DNA of 64,000 nt from Octopus vulgaris (GCA_951406725.2 OX597831.1:11036001-11100000); one strand, 5' to 3'; shown: positions 14,154 through 29,376, counted from the stretch's first letter. Notes: generated by a model not told the origin, from the sequence alone. A program made the numbers and translations.

Positions 14154-14417
14154 GGGCGTATGGTGTAGAGGTTAAGAGCAGGGGCTACTAACTCCAAGAT
14201 TCCGAGTTCGATTCCAGGCAGTGACCTGAATAATAATAACAACAACAACATCGAAAAATACCTTAGGAGTGAGAACCCAGGTTCGAAAATTCCCAAGACA
14301 CCTGATGAAAGCTGGAGGGTTATATCAGCCGAAACGTTGTGTTAACAAACAAGATGAGGTCAAATACCCATCAATTGTAGACAATGTAAATAATTCCTCA
14401 TCTCTTAAATGTAGAAC
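14154..14417 (+). mobile_element. tRNA-headed SINE-like element carrying a hammerhead ribozyme motif
   Basis: tRNA-like head 14154-14226 (A box TGGTGTAGAGG, B box GAGTTCGATTCC), (AAT/AAC)n linker, hammerhead at 14297-14343, and an end in (TA)n. A second copy lies at 55596-55927(-). Confidence 0.85.
14297..14343 (+). ncRNA. Minimal type-I hammerhead ribozyme motif
   Basis: GACAC-CTGATGA-A-AGCTG-gagggttatat-CAGCC-GAAA-CG-TT-GTGTT: stem I GACAC/GTGTT, canonical core, stem II GCTG/CAGC and palindromic ACGT stem III. Confidence 0.8.
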
Positions 14418-15170
14418 TATATATATGTAAATGTATATATATACATATATATATATATACACACACATGCATATATATACATATATACAACGGGCTTCTT
14501 TCCGTATCCATCTGGCAAATCCACTCACAAGCCTTTAGTCGACCCGAGGCTATAGTAGAAGACACATGCCGAAGTTGTCACGCAGAGGGACTGAACCCGG
14601 AACCATGTGGTTGGCAAGCAAGCTACTTACCACACAGCCTCTCCAGCGCCTATCCACACAGCCGCTTTGAATGAATTTAGTTAAAATCTAAAACACGAAC
14701 GGAGAAAAACCATGACAGACATTATAGTTTGTTTTTAAACCATCAGAATTTATATTTAAAAGAGAGAACGGTAGCTGATGCCATAATCTATCAAGGACCC
14801 CAAACAAACCCCTTTCTATTTCTTCCTGAATTCTTAACCCCAGCCAGCCAGGCAGCCAACCAACCAACTTACGTGTTACGATTGAAAATTTTAAGGAATA
14901 CGTAACTTTCGTTTCATTACGTTTTTTTTTAAAGACTCTCCCTCTACTTTCTCCTCATTCTCGGGGCCCCACTCTGCTCTGCCTGGTCCCTATCTTCTCT
15001 CATATCTCAACTGATCTCAACAGATGTTAATTATATCCTCGTATTAGCTGTTCATATTATTTGTATTAGTTGCTGTTGTCGTCGAATCGTTGTTGTTATT
15101 GATGATGATGATGATGATGATGATGATGACGACGACGACGACGATGATGATGGTGGTGTTGGTGATGGTG

Positions 15171-15201
<31 letters not shown>

Positions 15202-16048
15202 CGCCGGCGGTGTCGAATTTGTTGAAGTTGTTGACCAAGTTTCCGGTAGTAATATTGAAAGATAGAGTCTTTATACAAGTTAGTTCCGTCTTGAAGAGTT
15301 CACATCCGGCCCCCCATAAATAAATAATAACAAATAGAAAGAAGCTTAAAAAGGCGGGGGGGGGGGGGGGGCAAAAAAAAAAAAAATACAGAAGAAGACG
15401 ATAACGAAGAGACAGCAGAAAGAGAAAACGAAGATTTGTTTGCTGTTTCATTCGCAAGATCGGGGCATCTTATGAAAATCAGGTGAAGATAGACGGGTGC
15501 CTGACATGTTACACAGAGTCCGTAGAGAGAGAGAGGGGGGAAGAGGGTGGTGGTGGTTTAAGGCGATTTGTTTGTGTATCGACATTATTTTTCAGTTTAA
15601 AATATTTCTTTTTATGTATTTAAAAAAACCCAAAAAACATTTGGGTGAAGCCAAAAGGATTTCGTTGTGGGTTGGTTTTCGTTTTTCTCCTTGCTATCAT
15701 CTTGCCACCATTGGCTGTTGTTGATCTAATTGTTGTTGATGATGATGATGATAACGACGACGACGACGACGATGACGACGTCGATGATGATGATTATGGT
15801 GGTGGTGGTGGTGGTGGTGGTGGTGATGACTGCGATGAAAGGGGGGGGACGAAGACGAGAAAGAAGAGTAAGAAAAAGTTGGTGTAATTCTTATCATTGT
15901 CGTTGACGGTTTATTTTTTTTTAAGAAAAAGAAATAATTTAGGGTTTTGATTCGGGGGTTGTGGAGCAGACGACGAGAAGGAGATGACTTAAATGATATC
16001 GTTTAGGTCTCTCGTTGCTTAAATTCCCACCATCCAAAGAATACATAC

Positions 16049-16079
<31 letters not shown>

Positions 16080-16119
16080 CATATATGTATATATATATAT
16101 ACATAGATACATACATGCA

Positions 16120-16183
<64 letters not shown>

Positions 16184-16186
<3 letters not shown>

Positions 16187-16380
16187 AGAGTTTACGAAAA
16201 ACACAAAAGACGAAGACAGGTGGTGTACAAAACAAACAGATGTATTAGTATAACGCTCAGGAATAGAAAAAGTCTTTTACGTTTCGAGCCTACGCTCTTC
16301 TATAGAAAGGGACACAAAAAAAACAAGGAGAGACAAAAATGTGTGTAGTGGTTAACGATCTATCATGGCCAAAAGTCCCA
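16184..16380 (-). mobile_element. Short (TA)n-embedded Penelope-pLTR-like element, family H1
   Basis: Homologous to 22685-22786 and 48793-48974. The minus strand of 16274-16309 reads CTTT-CTATAGA-A-GAGC-gtag-GCTC-GAAA-CG-TA-AAAG (hammerhead layout, variant core). Confidence 0.7.
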
Positions 16381-16404
16381 TATATATATATATATATATA
16401 TATA

Positions 16405-16550
16405 TATCATCATCGTTTAACGTCCGTTCTCCATGCTAGCATGGGTTGGACGGTTCGACCGGGGTTCTGGGGAGCCAGAAGGCTGCACCAGGCTCCAGTC
16501 TAATCTGGCAATGTTTCTACAGCTGGATGCCCTTCCTAACGCCAACCACA
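16405..16550 (-). mobile_element. 3' part of an RTE-associated SINE
   Basis: Minus strand GGCGTTAGGAAGGGCATCCAGCTGTAGAAAC...CAACCCATGCTAGCATGG...GGACGTTAAACGATGATGAT, with a (GAT)n tail. Confidence 0.65.
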
Positions 16551-16574
16551 CATATATATGTACACACACAGACG

Positions 16575-16651
<77 letters not shown>

Positions 16652-17026
16652 GTATGTAGGTAGGTAGGTAGGTAGGTAGGTAGGTAGGTAGGTAGGTAGA
16701 TAAAGCGTGAGAGAGAGAGAGAAAGAGAGGAGCTGATAGAACGATAAATTGATTGAGAAATTGATAAGTAGTGAGAGAGATACATAGATGCATCCATATA
16801 TGTACGCATACATACATGAAGTGAGTGAGAACAAGAGATAGCAAGGGAGAGAGAGACACAGAGGGAGACAGACAGACAAACGGAGAAAGAGAGAGAATGG
16901 GGGTGAAGAAGGTCTTGGTCGTCCATGGGTCTCAAGGGGCGATAGGAAAGATACGAATTGGACATATGTTTTTAAAGTTGTGTGTGTGTGTGTATACATA
17001 TATATACATACATATATATATATATG

Positions 17027-17132
<106 letters not shown>

Positions 17133-17398
17133 AGTGTATGTGTATTTGCTTGTCTGAGTAGGCGTAAGATGATTATAGATACACACTCACAGACACATAC
17201 ATATAAATACACACACATACACACACATATGTATACACGCACATACATACATACATATACATATATGTGTGTGTGTATGTATACATGTATCTATATGTAT
17301 TATACTTTAAAGTTACTGTCATCCTTCAGTTTTATGTCAAACTATTTATATATAAAACATTATATACTCCCTAATATTATATATATATACATACATAC

Positions 17399-17431
<33 letters not shown>

Positions 17432-17469
17432 TGTATATATACATATATATATATATATTATTTATTTAT

Positions 17470-17730
17470 GCCCCCTTTTCAAGCCTAGTCAGGTTCATGG
17501 ACCCGGTTTCTATGACGCATGTGTTACCCCCGGCTGGACGGGACGCCAGTCCATCGCAGCGTTACTCAAGAAACAGGAAGAAAGGGTGAGAGAAAGTTGG
17601 GGCGAAAGGGTACAACAGGGAGCTTTAGGTGTTTTCGCCCAATAAACACACAACGCCCGGGCTAGGAATCGAAACCGCGATCCTCCGATCGCGAGTCCGC
17701 TACCCTAACCACTGGGCCATTGCGCATCCA
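17470..17730 (-). mobile_element. tRNA SINE family C head with V-domain-like tail
   Basis: Head as at 366; the tail contains CTGCGATGGACTGGCGTCCCGTCCAG (V-domain-like). Confidence 0.8.
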
Positions 17731-17749
17731 CCCCCCCCACACACATACA

Positions 17750-17785
<36 letters not shown>

Positions 17786-17797
17786 TATCTATATATA

Positions 17798-17897
<100 letters not shown>

Positions 17898-17992
17898 CAA
17901 GTAAAACACCTACTTATGAAATCTCAAGAAGAGATACGGTTGTAATGTACGCTAAACAATACAGCGAGTTGAACGTTACTACTAGTTTAACA

Positions 17993-18045
<53 letters not shown>

Positions 18046-18049
<4 letters not shown>

Positions 18050-18255
18050 CAATAAGGTAATGGAGGGGATCAATAGGTGGTTCATCAACTTTTAGTCGTT
18101 ATATTATGTCAACTCATTTATTTATTTACTAAACTGACAATTACAAGAATATACATATTGTCACTTTAGTAAATAAATAAATAAAGTTGACATAATATAA
18201 TGTCTAAAAGTTGATGAATACCACCTCTTGATTCCCTCCATTTTCTTATTGCTCT
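18046..18255. repeat. Inverted repeat with ~96 bp arms and 15 nt loop
   Basis: 18046-18141 is the imperfect reverse complement of 18157-18255. Confidence 0.92.
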
Positions 18256-18428
18256 ATAAATTAATGGTAAAATATCTCTTTACCTTCACTCATTTAGTAC
18301 GCTCGGTAATGTAATAGCAATGCAATAAAAACCACTTGTGTATTAATAATTGGGTATTCTACCAGCAGTATAATGGATAGATATTATCCCTTAGTTGGTT
18401 GGATTCACAACCTCTAACTTTCTTGGAA

Positions 18429-18479
<51 letters not shown>

Positions 18480-19686
18480 GGTAAATATTCTGCAAGAAAG
18501 GTAACAAAATAATTTACGCCCTGGACCGTAACGGCTGTAAAGCTTTTCATCATATGCCTAAGTGACACAGAAAAACATCAATTTCATCCCCAACACTACC
18601 ATCATCATCAGCATCATCATCATCATCATTATCATCGTCACGATCAGCGACAGCAACAAAGCAACAATGTTCTTGTCTCTTAAACATGTTTTTCATTAAT
18701 ATTTCGTCAGGTGAACATCTGGTCGACTCAAATCTGTAAGTAACTCTTACGTACATTATCAAATTTCATAAATAATTAAGTATATTCTCTTTCTTTATTC
18801 GCTATTCTTTACACTCTTGTAATAAATTCAGTTTTTCTTTTAAGTTCCAAATATATTTGGAAAGTGACGTGAAATTAATTTTGTTTCTGTACAAGATGTT
18901 TACATGGTGAGTGTATTTGCTTCAGAATATATTTTGATACAAGATATGACACATATAGCTAGAAGGGTACCAAAAATGAATGATATAAAGAATGTGCAAC
19001 AGAAAGGATAATATTATGAGTAATAAATGTCAAAATTCAATCAAGTAAGGTCGACATAGAGAAATATGTATATAACGATATTAAGACATAATATGATATT
19101 AATAAAAACAAGCGGAAATACAGGGTGATATAAAATAAACGACAGAAAAATACTATGACAGATAGATAGACAGACGGACATCGTGGTATTAAGGAATACA
19201 GCCGGGAAGTGGCATGATTATAACAAGACAATTATTTAATAGGTAGAATGATATCAAGAAAGAAAATCAGGCAAGGAGTGATAATGATATCAGTGAATTA
19301 ATACCAGTGAGAGAGAAACATAAATATAAGATCAACGACACTAATAATTTTAAATAAATCTTCAGAAAGGCTTGGTTCATCGGAATGTGGCCATTTTCTT
19401 TTAGTAGGTATGTGTTAGGGAAGCAAAGAAAAACGGAGCTATGCGTTAGGCAGAGAGATTTAAATGGGAAATGAAAAGAAAGGAGTAAGGAAGAGGGAGA
19501 AAATAAAGGGCATTGAGTGAGTGGTGTGTGGAGGAAGAGGATGGGAGAGAAAGAGAGAGAGAGAGAGAGAGAGATGTGATACTTGAATAGACATATCAAG
19601 AGAAAGATATAGTTACATAAATACACACATGTATCGATATATATGTATATATATATATATACATACATATATATATGTATACATAC

Positions 19687-19767
<81 letters not shown>

Positions 19768-19851
19768 TATATATGTCCTGTACTCACGTATATATATTTA
19801 TATATGCATGTATATTACATATATGTATGTATGCATATATTTTATTTATTA

Positions 19852-19901
<50 letters not shown>

Positions 19902-20110
19902 GTACATAGAAATAGAAAGAGTGTGTGTGTGTGAATGAGAGACAGAGACTGACTGACTGACAGATAGACAGACTGACAGACAAAAAGACATACAGACAGA
20001 CAGAGACAGAGATTACGGAAAAATGGAAGAGAAGAGTGAATTTATTTTGAAATTATTGTGCACTTATGTGTGTGTGTATGCGCGTGCGTCTATGTGTGAA
20101 GGTCGTGCAT

Positions 20111-20145
<35 letters not shown>

Positions 20146-20285
20146 ACTGCGAGAAATGTGTATCAGTGACGTCACTGTGTATATGGCGGTGCGCTGATTT
20201 CTGCTTGTGCGAATGTTTGTTGATAATCAGTACAATTGATTTATGTGGACATATTGGCTGGCATTAATGAGTTTATTGATGTATA

Positions 20286-20323
<38 letters not shown>

Positions 20324-20565
20324 CGTGTGTGTGTGTGTGTGTATGTGTATATACATATTTGAATAGACATATGAGTTTATCTATGTATACGTCTGTCTCT
20401 GACAATGTGTATGTCTTTGGAGTTGTAGGAATGCGTGTGTTTCCCTGTATGTATGTATGTGTGTATGCATGTATGTATGTATGTATGTATGTATGTATGT
20501 ATGTATATGTATGTGTGTGTATGTATACGCGTGTGCGTAATATATATATATATATATATATATGT

Positions 20566-20615
<50 letters not shown>

Positions 20616-20729
20616 TGGTAGATAGGTAGATAGATAGATACATACATACATACATATACGTACACACACACAAACACACACATATATATATATACGCGCA
20701 CGCACAAATGTATATAGGTAGATATATAT

Positions 20730-20793
<64 letters not shown>

Positions 20794-20982
20794 GACAGAC
20801 AGACAGACAGACATAAGAGAAAGAGTAGCAATTGATAGCGGTCTGATGAGTAGCGGGGTGAGTCTAAGGAAAAGGAGTGTAATTAGTAGCAGCAGCAGTA
20901 GCAGCAGTAGCAGCAGCAGCAACAGCAGCAGTATCAGTAGTCGTAGTAGTAGTGAAGACGCTTAAAGATGTGGGTAGGAAAC

Positions 20983-21023
<41 letters not shown>

Positions 21024-21306
21024 CGACAATGATGGTGGTGGCGGTGGCGCAGATGGCGTCGGTGACGACGGCGGCGATGGTGACGGCGGCGGCGTCGGCG
21101 GCGACATGGTGGTGATGATCGTGGTGGCGGCGGCGGCGGCGGTGGCGATTGTAATCAGTAATTACAATCTTGTGTTAATTTGATAGATTTGGAAATTACA
21201 GCAAACACGTGCAAGCAACTTCGGAATGTCTATTCCCTCTCGTCCCACCCGCCGCCACGCCCGCCATGCCCGCCACGCCCGCCTCCCATTCTCACGTCAC
21301 CATATT

Positions 21307-21395
<89 letters not shown>

Positions 21396-22171
21396 AGCAG
21401 AAGCAGCAGTTACGGCGACGACATAAGAGTGTCTTTTATGTAGTCACTTAATATGCTAGAAACAACAGTCAAATCTCTCTCAAATTCTTACTCTAGTGTC
21501 TCCGAAAAATGAAGAAAAAAACAAAAAAAAAAGAAAAGAAAAAGAAAGAAAACTGTAAGGATGGATAGGTGAAAATAACGTTGCTTGTGATGGCCACGAC
21601 TGGAATGTCGAACTGGACACGGATCGATTGTTGGAATAGTGCAGAATGGAACAGATTTGATCCTAGATCGGCTGGATTAAAGCTGGTCATGGGCTACACA
21701 ACGGCTATTCCAAGAACAACGACGGTGGCATTAATAAAAGCATTACCCACAGCAATAACAACAACAACAGCAACAACAAAACGAACAGCAGCAGCGACAA
21801 CATCAACAATATTATTAAGCACAGCTTTTACTTTCATCTTCCATCCGCCATTACAGTCAGTCGCTATCATGGCGGCTGTTACCGTCGTAAGGAACAAACT
21901 GACGAGAATATTCTCTATATTTGGATTTCTCATAAGGGGTAGGACAGCTCGGGGCGCGAGGGCAATGGGGATTCAAGAAAGAGACGGACAGATTGGACCT
22001 GTTTAATTGAATCAATCTGCTTTAAAGCTTTTTAAATTTGTTCAATATATTGGCGAAGAAAGAAAACGTTTACAGAAGCAAATTTATCTTGTTTTTCTTT
22101 GTTAATAAAAACAGGCTGAAAAAAACAGTGAAATGACAGAATCGTTTCAGCGACAGACACCATGTTTTGCA

Positions 22172-22306
<135 letters not shown>

Positions 22307-22684
22307 CATATATATATATTTGCTCTGTACGTTCTGAGTTCAAATTCTGATGAGGTCAGCTTTGCCTTTCTACCTTTCGGGGTCGATAAAATAAAGTACT
22401 ACTCATTTACTATGGCCGATGTTATAAGCTTACCCCATCCCATAACATTTCTGGATTGGTGTTTCAATCAGGAACAATTACAAAAAGGTGAAGGAGAAAG
22501 TCAAAATCTTTCAATTAATATTCTAGGAAGAGGGACCGGGTATTTATCAGTTGAAGAATTATTTCTCCCAGCTGTAGATCGACCTGCAATAAATCATAGC
22601 CAATATGCATCAGACTAGGTACTAGCGTCTTAAAGATTTAGAAGGATGCATTTGCACAAACACACACACACACACACATATATA

Positions 22685-22786
22685 GGGAGAGTTTACGGAA
22701 AAAAACAAAAAACAAAGACAGGTGGTGTACAAAACAAACAGATGTATTAGTATAACGCTCAGGAATAGAAAAGGTCTTTTACGTTT
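22685..22786 (-). mobile_element. Family H1 copy, truncated inside the hammerhead-like motif
   Basis: Matches 16184-16284 and stops at GTCTTTTACGTTT. Confidence 0.75.
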
Positions 22787-23332
22787 ATATAATGTTTGTA
22801 TAAAATACGGTGTGATGAGCATTGCTAGGTCTAGTCGGTTTACAATGAGTTGAAGTTAATCAACAACGACGACGACCTGGTAGATGTAACAACAAATTCC
22901 TCCCCCAAAAGAAAAAGGCTGTTGGATGATGGTGCCCCAAGATGCACAAAGACCAAACATAAGGAGGAGATGATTTAGGCTCTCCCAATCATTTGAGATC
23001 TGACCCAGGGTCATGCATCAACGATGAGCAAAAGAAAAAGTACAGAGAAATCAGTTTGTGTAACTTTCATGCATTTGACTATAACATAAAAAATAAAACT
23101 GGTACTCCGTCGGTTACGACGACGAGTTTTCCAGTTGATCCGATAGAATAAGTACTAGGCTTACAAGGAATATGTCCTGAGGTCGATTTCTTCAACTAAA
23201 GGCAGTGTTCCAGCATGGCCGCAGTCACATGACTGAATCAAGTAACAGAATAAAATAATGCATCTATAAGATGTATATATGTTAGTCCGATCGAACGGAC
23301 AGCCATGTTGAAGTGGCTACGAACATTACTTG

Positions 23333-23901
<569 letters not shown>

Positions 23902-24470
23902 TGGAATGTCAGAAAGGCTGATAGACAATACGAGTGATACATTCTATAAGATGAATGGTTCGGAAGATTCATCAAATAAAGTATATTTTTTTTTTATGGT
24001 AAAGAAAAAGAGGCAGTGAGACATGAAAGGGATAAAGGAGGCTGAAACGAAGTCATTCTGAGGCTTTCAATATTTCAGCCATTCTTTTATTGTTGGCCAG
24101 AGAGAGAGAGAGAGAGGGGGGGGAGACCATTTTATCATTGTCATTCACATCATTATCAGCAGCATCATTACAAAACCGACACCTCACCTGTCATTAAATC
24201 ACCACAATTGAACGACGGCAACATCGACAACTACCATTACCAGAAGCACCACCACCACCACCACCACCACCACCAACCACCACCATCAACACAACCACTT
24301 GTTAAAACACACACACATACACACACACGCACGTACATACTCATACACTGACGAACCAGCCAGCCAGCCAGCCAGCCAACTAACTGTATGCAGACAAGAT
24401 GTCAGAATGCTTCAGAAAAATTTATACAACCAGCAAACCAACAACCGTCCATACTAGCGGTCTCCTTATG

Positions 24471-24502
<32 letters not shown>

Positions 24503-24530
24503 GATAGATAGATAGATATATATATATATA

Positions 24531-24989
24531 TGCGCAGGAGTGGCTATTTGGTAAGTAGCTTGTTTACCAACCACATGGTCCCGGGTTCAGTCCCACTGCG
24601 TGGCACCTTGGGCAAGTGTCTTCTACTATAGCCTCGGGCCGACCAAAGTATTGTGAGTGGATTTGGTAGACGGAAACTGAAAGAAGCCCGTCGTATATTT
24701 GTATATATATATATATTCGTGTGTGTGTTTGTGTGTCTGTGTTGTGCATGTGCTGGTGTGTTTATGTCTCCGTTACTGTTGAAAACCATGATCCCCCGGT
24801 AGCATTGCTTGACAACCGATGCTGGTGTGTTTATGTCTCCGTTACTTAGCGGTTCGGCAAAAGAGACCGATAGAATAAGTACTGGGCTTACAAAAGAATA
24901 AGTCCCGGGGTCGAGTTACTCGATTAAAGGCGGTGCTCCAGCATGGCCGCAGTCAGATGACTGAAACAAGTAAAAGAGTAAAAGAAAGA

Positions 24990-24990
<1 letters not shown>
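24531..24990 (+). mobile_element. SINE family A, full length, with small internal duplication
   Basis: GCGCAGGAGTGGCT head to GTAAAAGAGTAAAAG tail; TGCTGGTGTGTTTATGTCTCCGTTACT occurs twice. Confidence 0.92.
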
Positions 24991-25056
<66 letters not shown>

Positions 25057-25297
25057 AAACAGTAAATAACAGTGTTAATAGATTACAACGGTGCCATAGA
25101 TTACATTTTGAACAGATTCACAGAAGGAATAAACATGACCACATCGAAATATGTTTCTCGCAGCAATGCGAAATTGCAGGAATACATCTCTCCAACTCTG
25201 TCTGTCATCGATCTATCTGTCTTTCGGTCTAATGATCGATGGCAGTGCTTCTAGAAGTACGTCTCTTTCTCAACGTGTATATATATATATATATATA

Positions 25298-25435
25298 TTA
25301 GAAGAAATGAGGTAATCAGAAGATCGGGTGGTTTATATTTACAGATATTTATTTATATATTACATTTTTTACATATATATCATATCACTTAGATCATTAG
25401 CGATTTCTCCCATTCTAGTGGGGTTTTCAAATCAA
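25298..25435 (-). mobile_element. Short (TA)n-embedded element, family H2 (hammerhead-like, U3:A8 core)
   Basis: Homologous to 57467-57618(+) and 61445-61500(-). Minus strand reads GAT-TTGAAAA-CCCCA-ctagaa-TGGGA-GAAA-TCGC-TA-AT. Confidence 0.65.
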
Positions 25436-25441
25436 TATATA

Positions 25442-25510
<69 letters not shown>

Positions 25511-25668
25511 TTATATATATATATTTATATCCATATATATATGTGTGTGTGTGTGTATTTATATATTCATACACACATACACACACCACACACATACACA
25601 AACACACACAACACACGCACACACGCACACACACACACAACACAACACACACGCACACACACACACAG

Positions 25669-25746
<78 letters not shown>

Positions 25747-25886
25747 TTTGTTTTATATTTTATATATTCTGTATATTATATTAATTATTTTCCATTTCTA
25801 TGTTTTCGTTTATGTTTTTCACTGTTTGATTTGCCTAATAGTGGTTTTATCTCTAATTTAATTTATATGTATGTATGTATGTATGT

Positions 25887-26152
25887 GGAGGCGCAATGGC
25901 CCAATGGTTATGACAGCGGAATAGCGGTCGTAGGATCGCGGTTTCGATTCCCAGACCAGGCATTGTGAGTGTTTATTGAGCGTAAACACCTAAAGCTCCA
26001 CGAGGCTCCGGCAGGGGGTGGTGGCGATCCCTGCTGTACTCTTTCGCCACAACTTTCTCTCACTCTTTCTTCTGTTGGCCTGCTCGCTTAGCCAGCGGGG
26101 TGGCGTCATTGGAAGGCTAAAACAATGCGAAGCTACATCTGTAGCAACATCT
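25887..26152 (+). mobile_element. tRNA SINE family C head with a fourth tail type
   Basis: Head and body closely match 366-545, then diverge into GGCCTGCTCGCTTAGCCAGCGGGGTGGCGTC. Confidence 0.85.
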
Positions 26153-26257
26153 GATAGCCTAAAATTTATAAAAATAATTTCTACTCTTTTTCGAAACGGA
26201 ATTTGTACCTTGAATACCTGGTGCACTCGGTGACCTTATCCTTAATCCAAACACAAT

Positions 26258-26296
<39 letters not shown>

Positions 26297-26770
26297 TTAT
26301 CTTTTATCTGTTACTTGTATCAGTCATTTGACTGTGGCTATGCTGGTGCACCGCTAAGTTACATGGACGTAAACACGCCAGCATCGGTTGTCAAGCGATG
26401 TTGGGGGGGACAAACACAGTCACACAAACATATACACACATGTATACACACACACACACACACATATGTATGTATGTATATATGTATGTATACATATGCA
26501 TATCTAAGTGTGCATGCTTTTGTATACGTTTACTCCCTACAACCGCTTGACAACCGATGTTAGGTTGTTTACGTCCTAATTTAGCGATTCTCAACAATGG
26601 AAAGAGTAAGTACCAGGCTTAAAAAGATAAGCACTGGGATTTTATTTGTTCGATTGAAGCTTTCAAGGTGGTGCCCCAGCATGGTCGCTGCCCAGTGACT
26701 GAAAAAAGTAAAAGATAAACGATATTTGATATTTAAATAGATTAACGATATTTGATATTTAAATAGATAA

Positions 26771-26820
<50 letters not shown>

Positions 26821-27262
26821 TCATTGATTGAGAAATAATGTATACGTGGATATATTATAAACGTATGTATACATTTATATATCCGTATGCATGTATTTAC
26901 CTGTTATGGTTTAATCTTATACGAATTACTTTGATTTATATTTACCTAGATTTCCATCCCTTTTTTAAGATAATATCTTTAATATGATGGACAGGCATTT
27001 GACTGCTATTTCTCGCTCTTGGAGTGATACACATAGCCGTTCCATTGTTGGTTCCCGATTATCCGATAAAGAACGACTTCTTCTTGTTGCAACAGCAGCT
27101 ACTACTACTACTACCACCACCACCACCACCACCACTACCACAACTCCTACTACTACCACCACCACAACTACTACTACTACTACCACCACCACCACCACCA
27201 CTACCACAACTCCTACTACCACCACCACCACCACCACCACCACCACCACCACCACCACCACC

Positions 27263-27295
<33 letters not shown>

Positions 27296-29376
27296 TCCTC
27301 ATTTCTGAGTATAAACACTCAGAGAATATTCTAATCACGGAACAGCAGAATATTAAAATGAAATTCTAAACAGTTCATCGCTTGAACATAATCTTTGCAA
27401 CACCGCCATCTTGGCCACCAATTACACTGTCTTTCTGCTATTGCTGTTGTTGTTGTCGTTGTTGTTGTTGTTATTGTTTGTTTTCTCAGTCATCGTAAAG
27501 TTGAAATAATAATAATAAAAGAAATGCAGAGCCGAGAGTGAATTATTACAAATAAAAGTTTAGTTTGTCTGTTTTGGCGGAACTGAAAAAGATAGCTTCC
27601 TACCGACATTTTTCTTTTCTTGGTTTGATGTTGCTTTGTTTTTGCTTTTGTTTTCGTTTTTGTTTATTTTGCGTCTTGTTTATTTTTTAAATACTAGATT
27701 TTATTAATGAGTCGTTATAAAAGTCTTTAAAAGCTTTTTAAATTTTAATTACTTTCTCTGGATTATCTAAAGAACAAAAGCAAAGCAAAGTGAGGTGTTA
27801 TAAAAATTAAAATACAATATAACAAAAACAAATAAAAACAAAAGAAAACGAAACAAACAAAGCAATGAATAGATGAATAAGAGTTTTAAAAATAAGCAGT
27901 AATGAATAAAACAACAAAATGGCCGACGTGAATTTCACGTCGTTTGTCCTCCATGGTGCATGTGGATTTTAGTAATTTTAAAAATGTGTTTTTAATTGCT
28001 AAATAAATTATCCTTTTACTTTAAGAGTAATAACTTATTAATTCAACAGGACATACAATTCTGCATGATTAATTTTTAATTGTTGCTTGGCCATATAATG
28101 TAATAAAAATTAACCAGTTATTGATACGCACACTAAAAACAGCAGAAGCAACAACAACAACAGCAGTCACAACACCAACATGAACAATAACAGATAATTC
28201 GTTATATAGAGATTCTTTTAAACTATAGGAAATTATTTTGATTGGATATAATTTTTTAAAAAATTACGCTTTATTCTTGCTTCATTTTACGGTAGAGACT
28301 TAAACAGTGATTATTCACGGTTATTTTGTAGACTTGAAGTAAGGCGTTGAGGTGGCTGAGTCGTTAGAGCGGCGGTCAAAATGTTTACCAGTATTTCTTC
28401 CACCTTTCTGCGTTCTGAGTTCAAATGCCATCCTGAATCCAAATGTTACTATAACATTGGAGATGTTAGAAATGAGAGCGAGGCAGCACTCAGGTCAGAG
28501 AGGTTACCATTATAGGAACACTATGGAGTGTTTCCATTGGAGGACAGAGAGGGTTTCTCGAGGATAGGAACTCTCTATGGGGAGCACTGACCGATGATGA
28601 AGGAATGGCCCAACTGAGGACCTTGTAGGAAGTGGTGGAGAGTGTTTGGATCACATTAGTGGTTCATTTGCTGAATCTGTTCTGGTTATTTTTCTCTGAT
28701 TTTGCAAACCTGTATTCAAAAGAATTCCAATCGTATTTCTAGAAGTTTCAACAACTAAAAGGAAGTTTTTTGTGGGTGAAGACAATGTTTATTTAGTGGT
28801 AATTATGATGCTGTGGTAAAGGGGCTTTGGAGAGGGGCCTTATTAAGAACACTAAAAAACGAAGGGAGCCGGATATGAAGAAAACTGGATATGATTAATG
28901 TCCCGTATAAAGCAAGGGTTGGCAAATTGTTGAAACCCTGGAGGTCAATGTGGCTCTCCGAAGGGCCGATAAATATCTGAAAGGATTTTGAGTCATCAGT
29001 GTGTTGAATTGAGTCTGGAAGAACGTCGATAATTTTAGGCTAAAACTCACTAATTTGCAACTAAATATCCCTGCAATATTAACTGGTATTCGCCAATCAC
29101 CCATTTCATAGTAAATACTCCGACTATATCAAAATAATATGGCTGAATCTGTAATGTCCGTCATCAGTTTCGTTAAGTATTTGCATTAAATTTCTTGAAA
29201 ATATTTTTCATTAAAGAGCAGTAATTAATTACACACACAAAATAAAGACGAATTATTGTTTTTAAATTCAGAATTTTTTTTTTATTAATTATAAGTTTTA
29301 ATTATATTTTAGAAATTTACATGATGGGTGTCGATATGCTATTAACGATTCCACGAAGAGGGTGAATGTTATAAGA

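Noticed and set aside
14154-14226. Functional tRNA genes (this and other SINE heads)
   Set aside because: The acceptor stems are poorly paired and each head runs into a repeat body.
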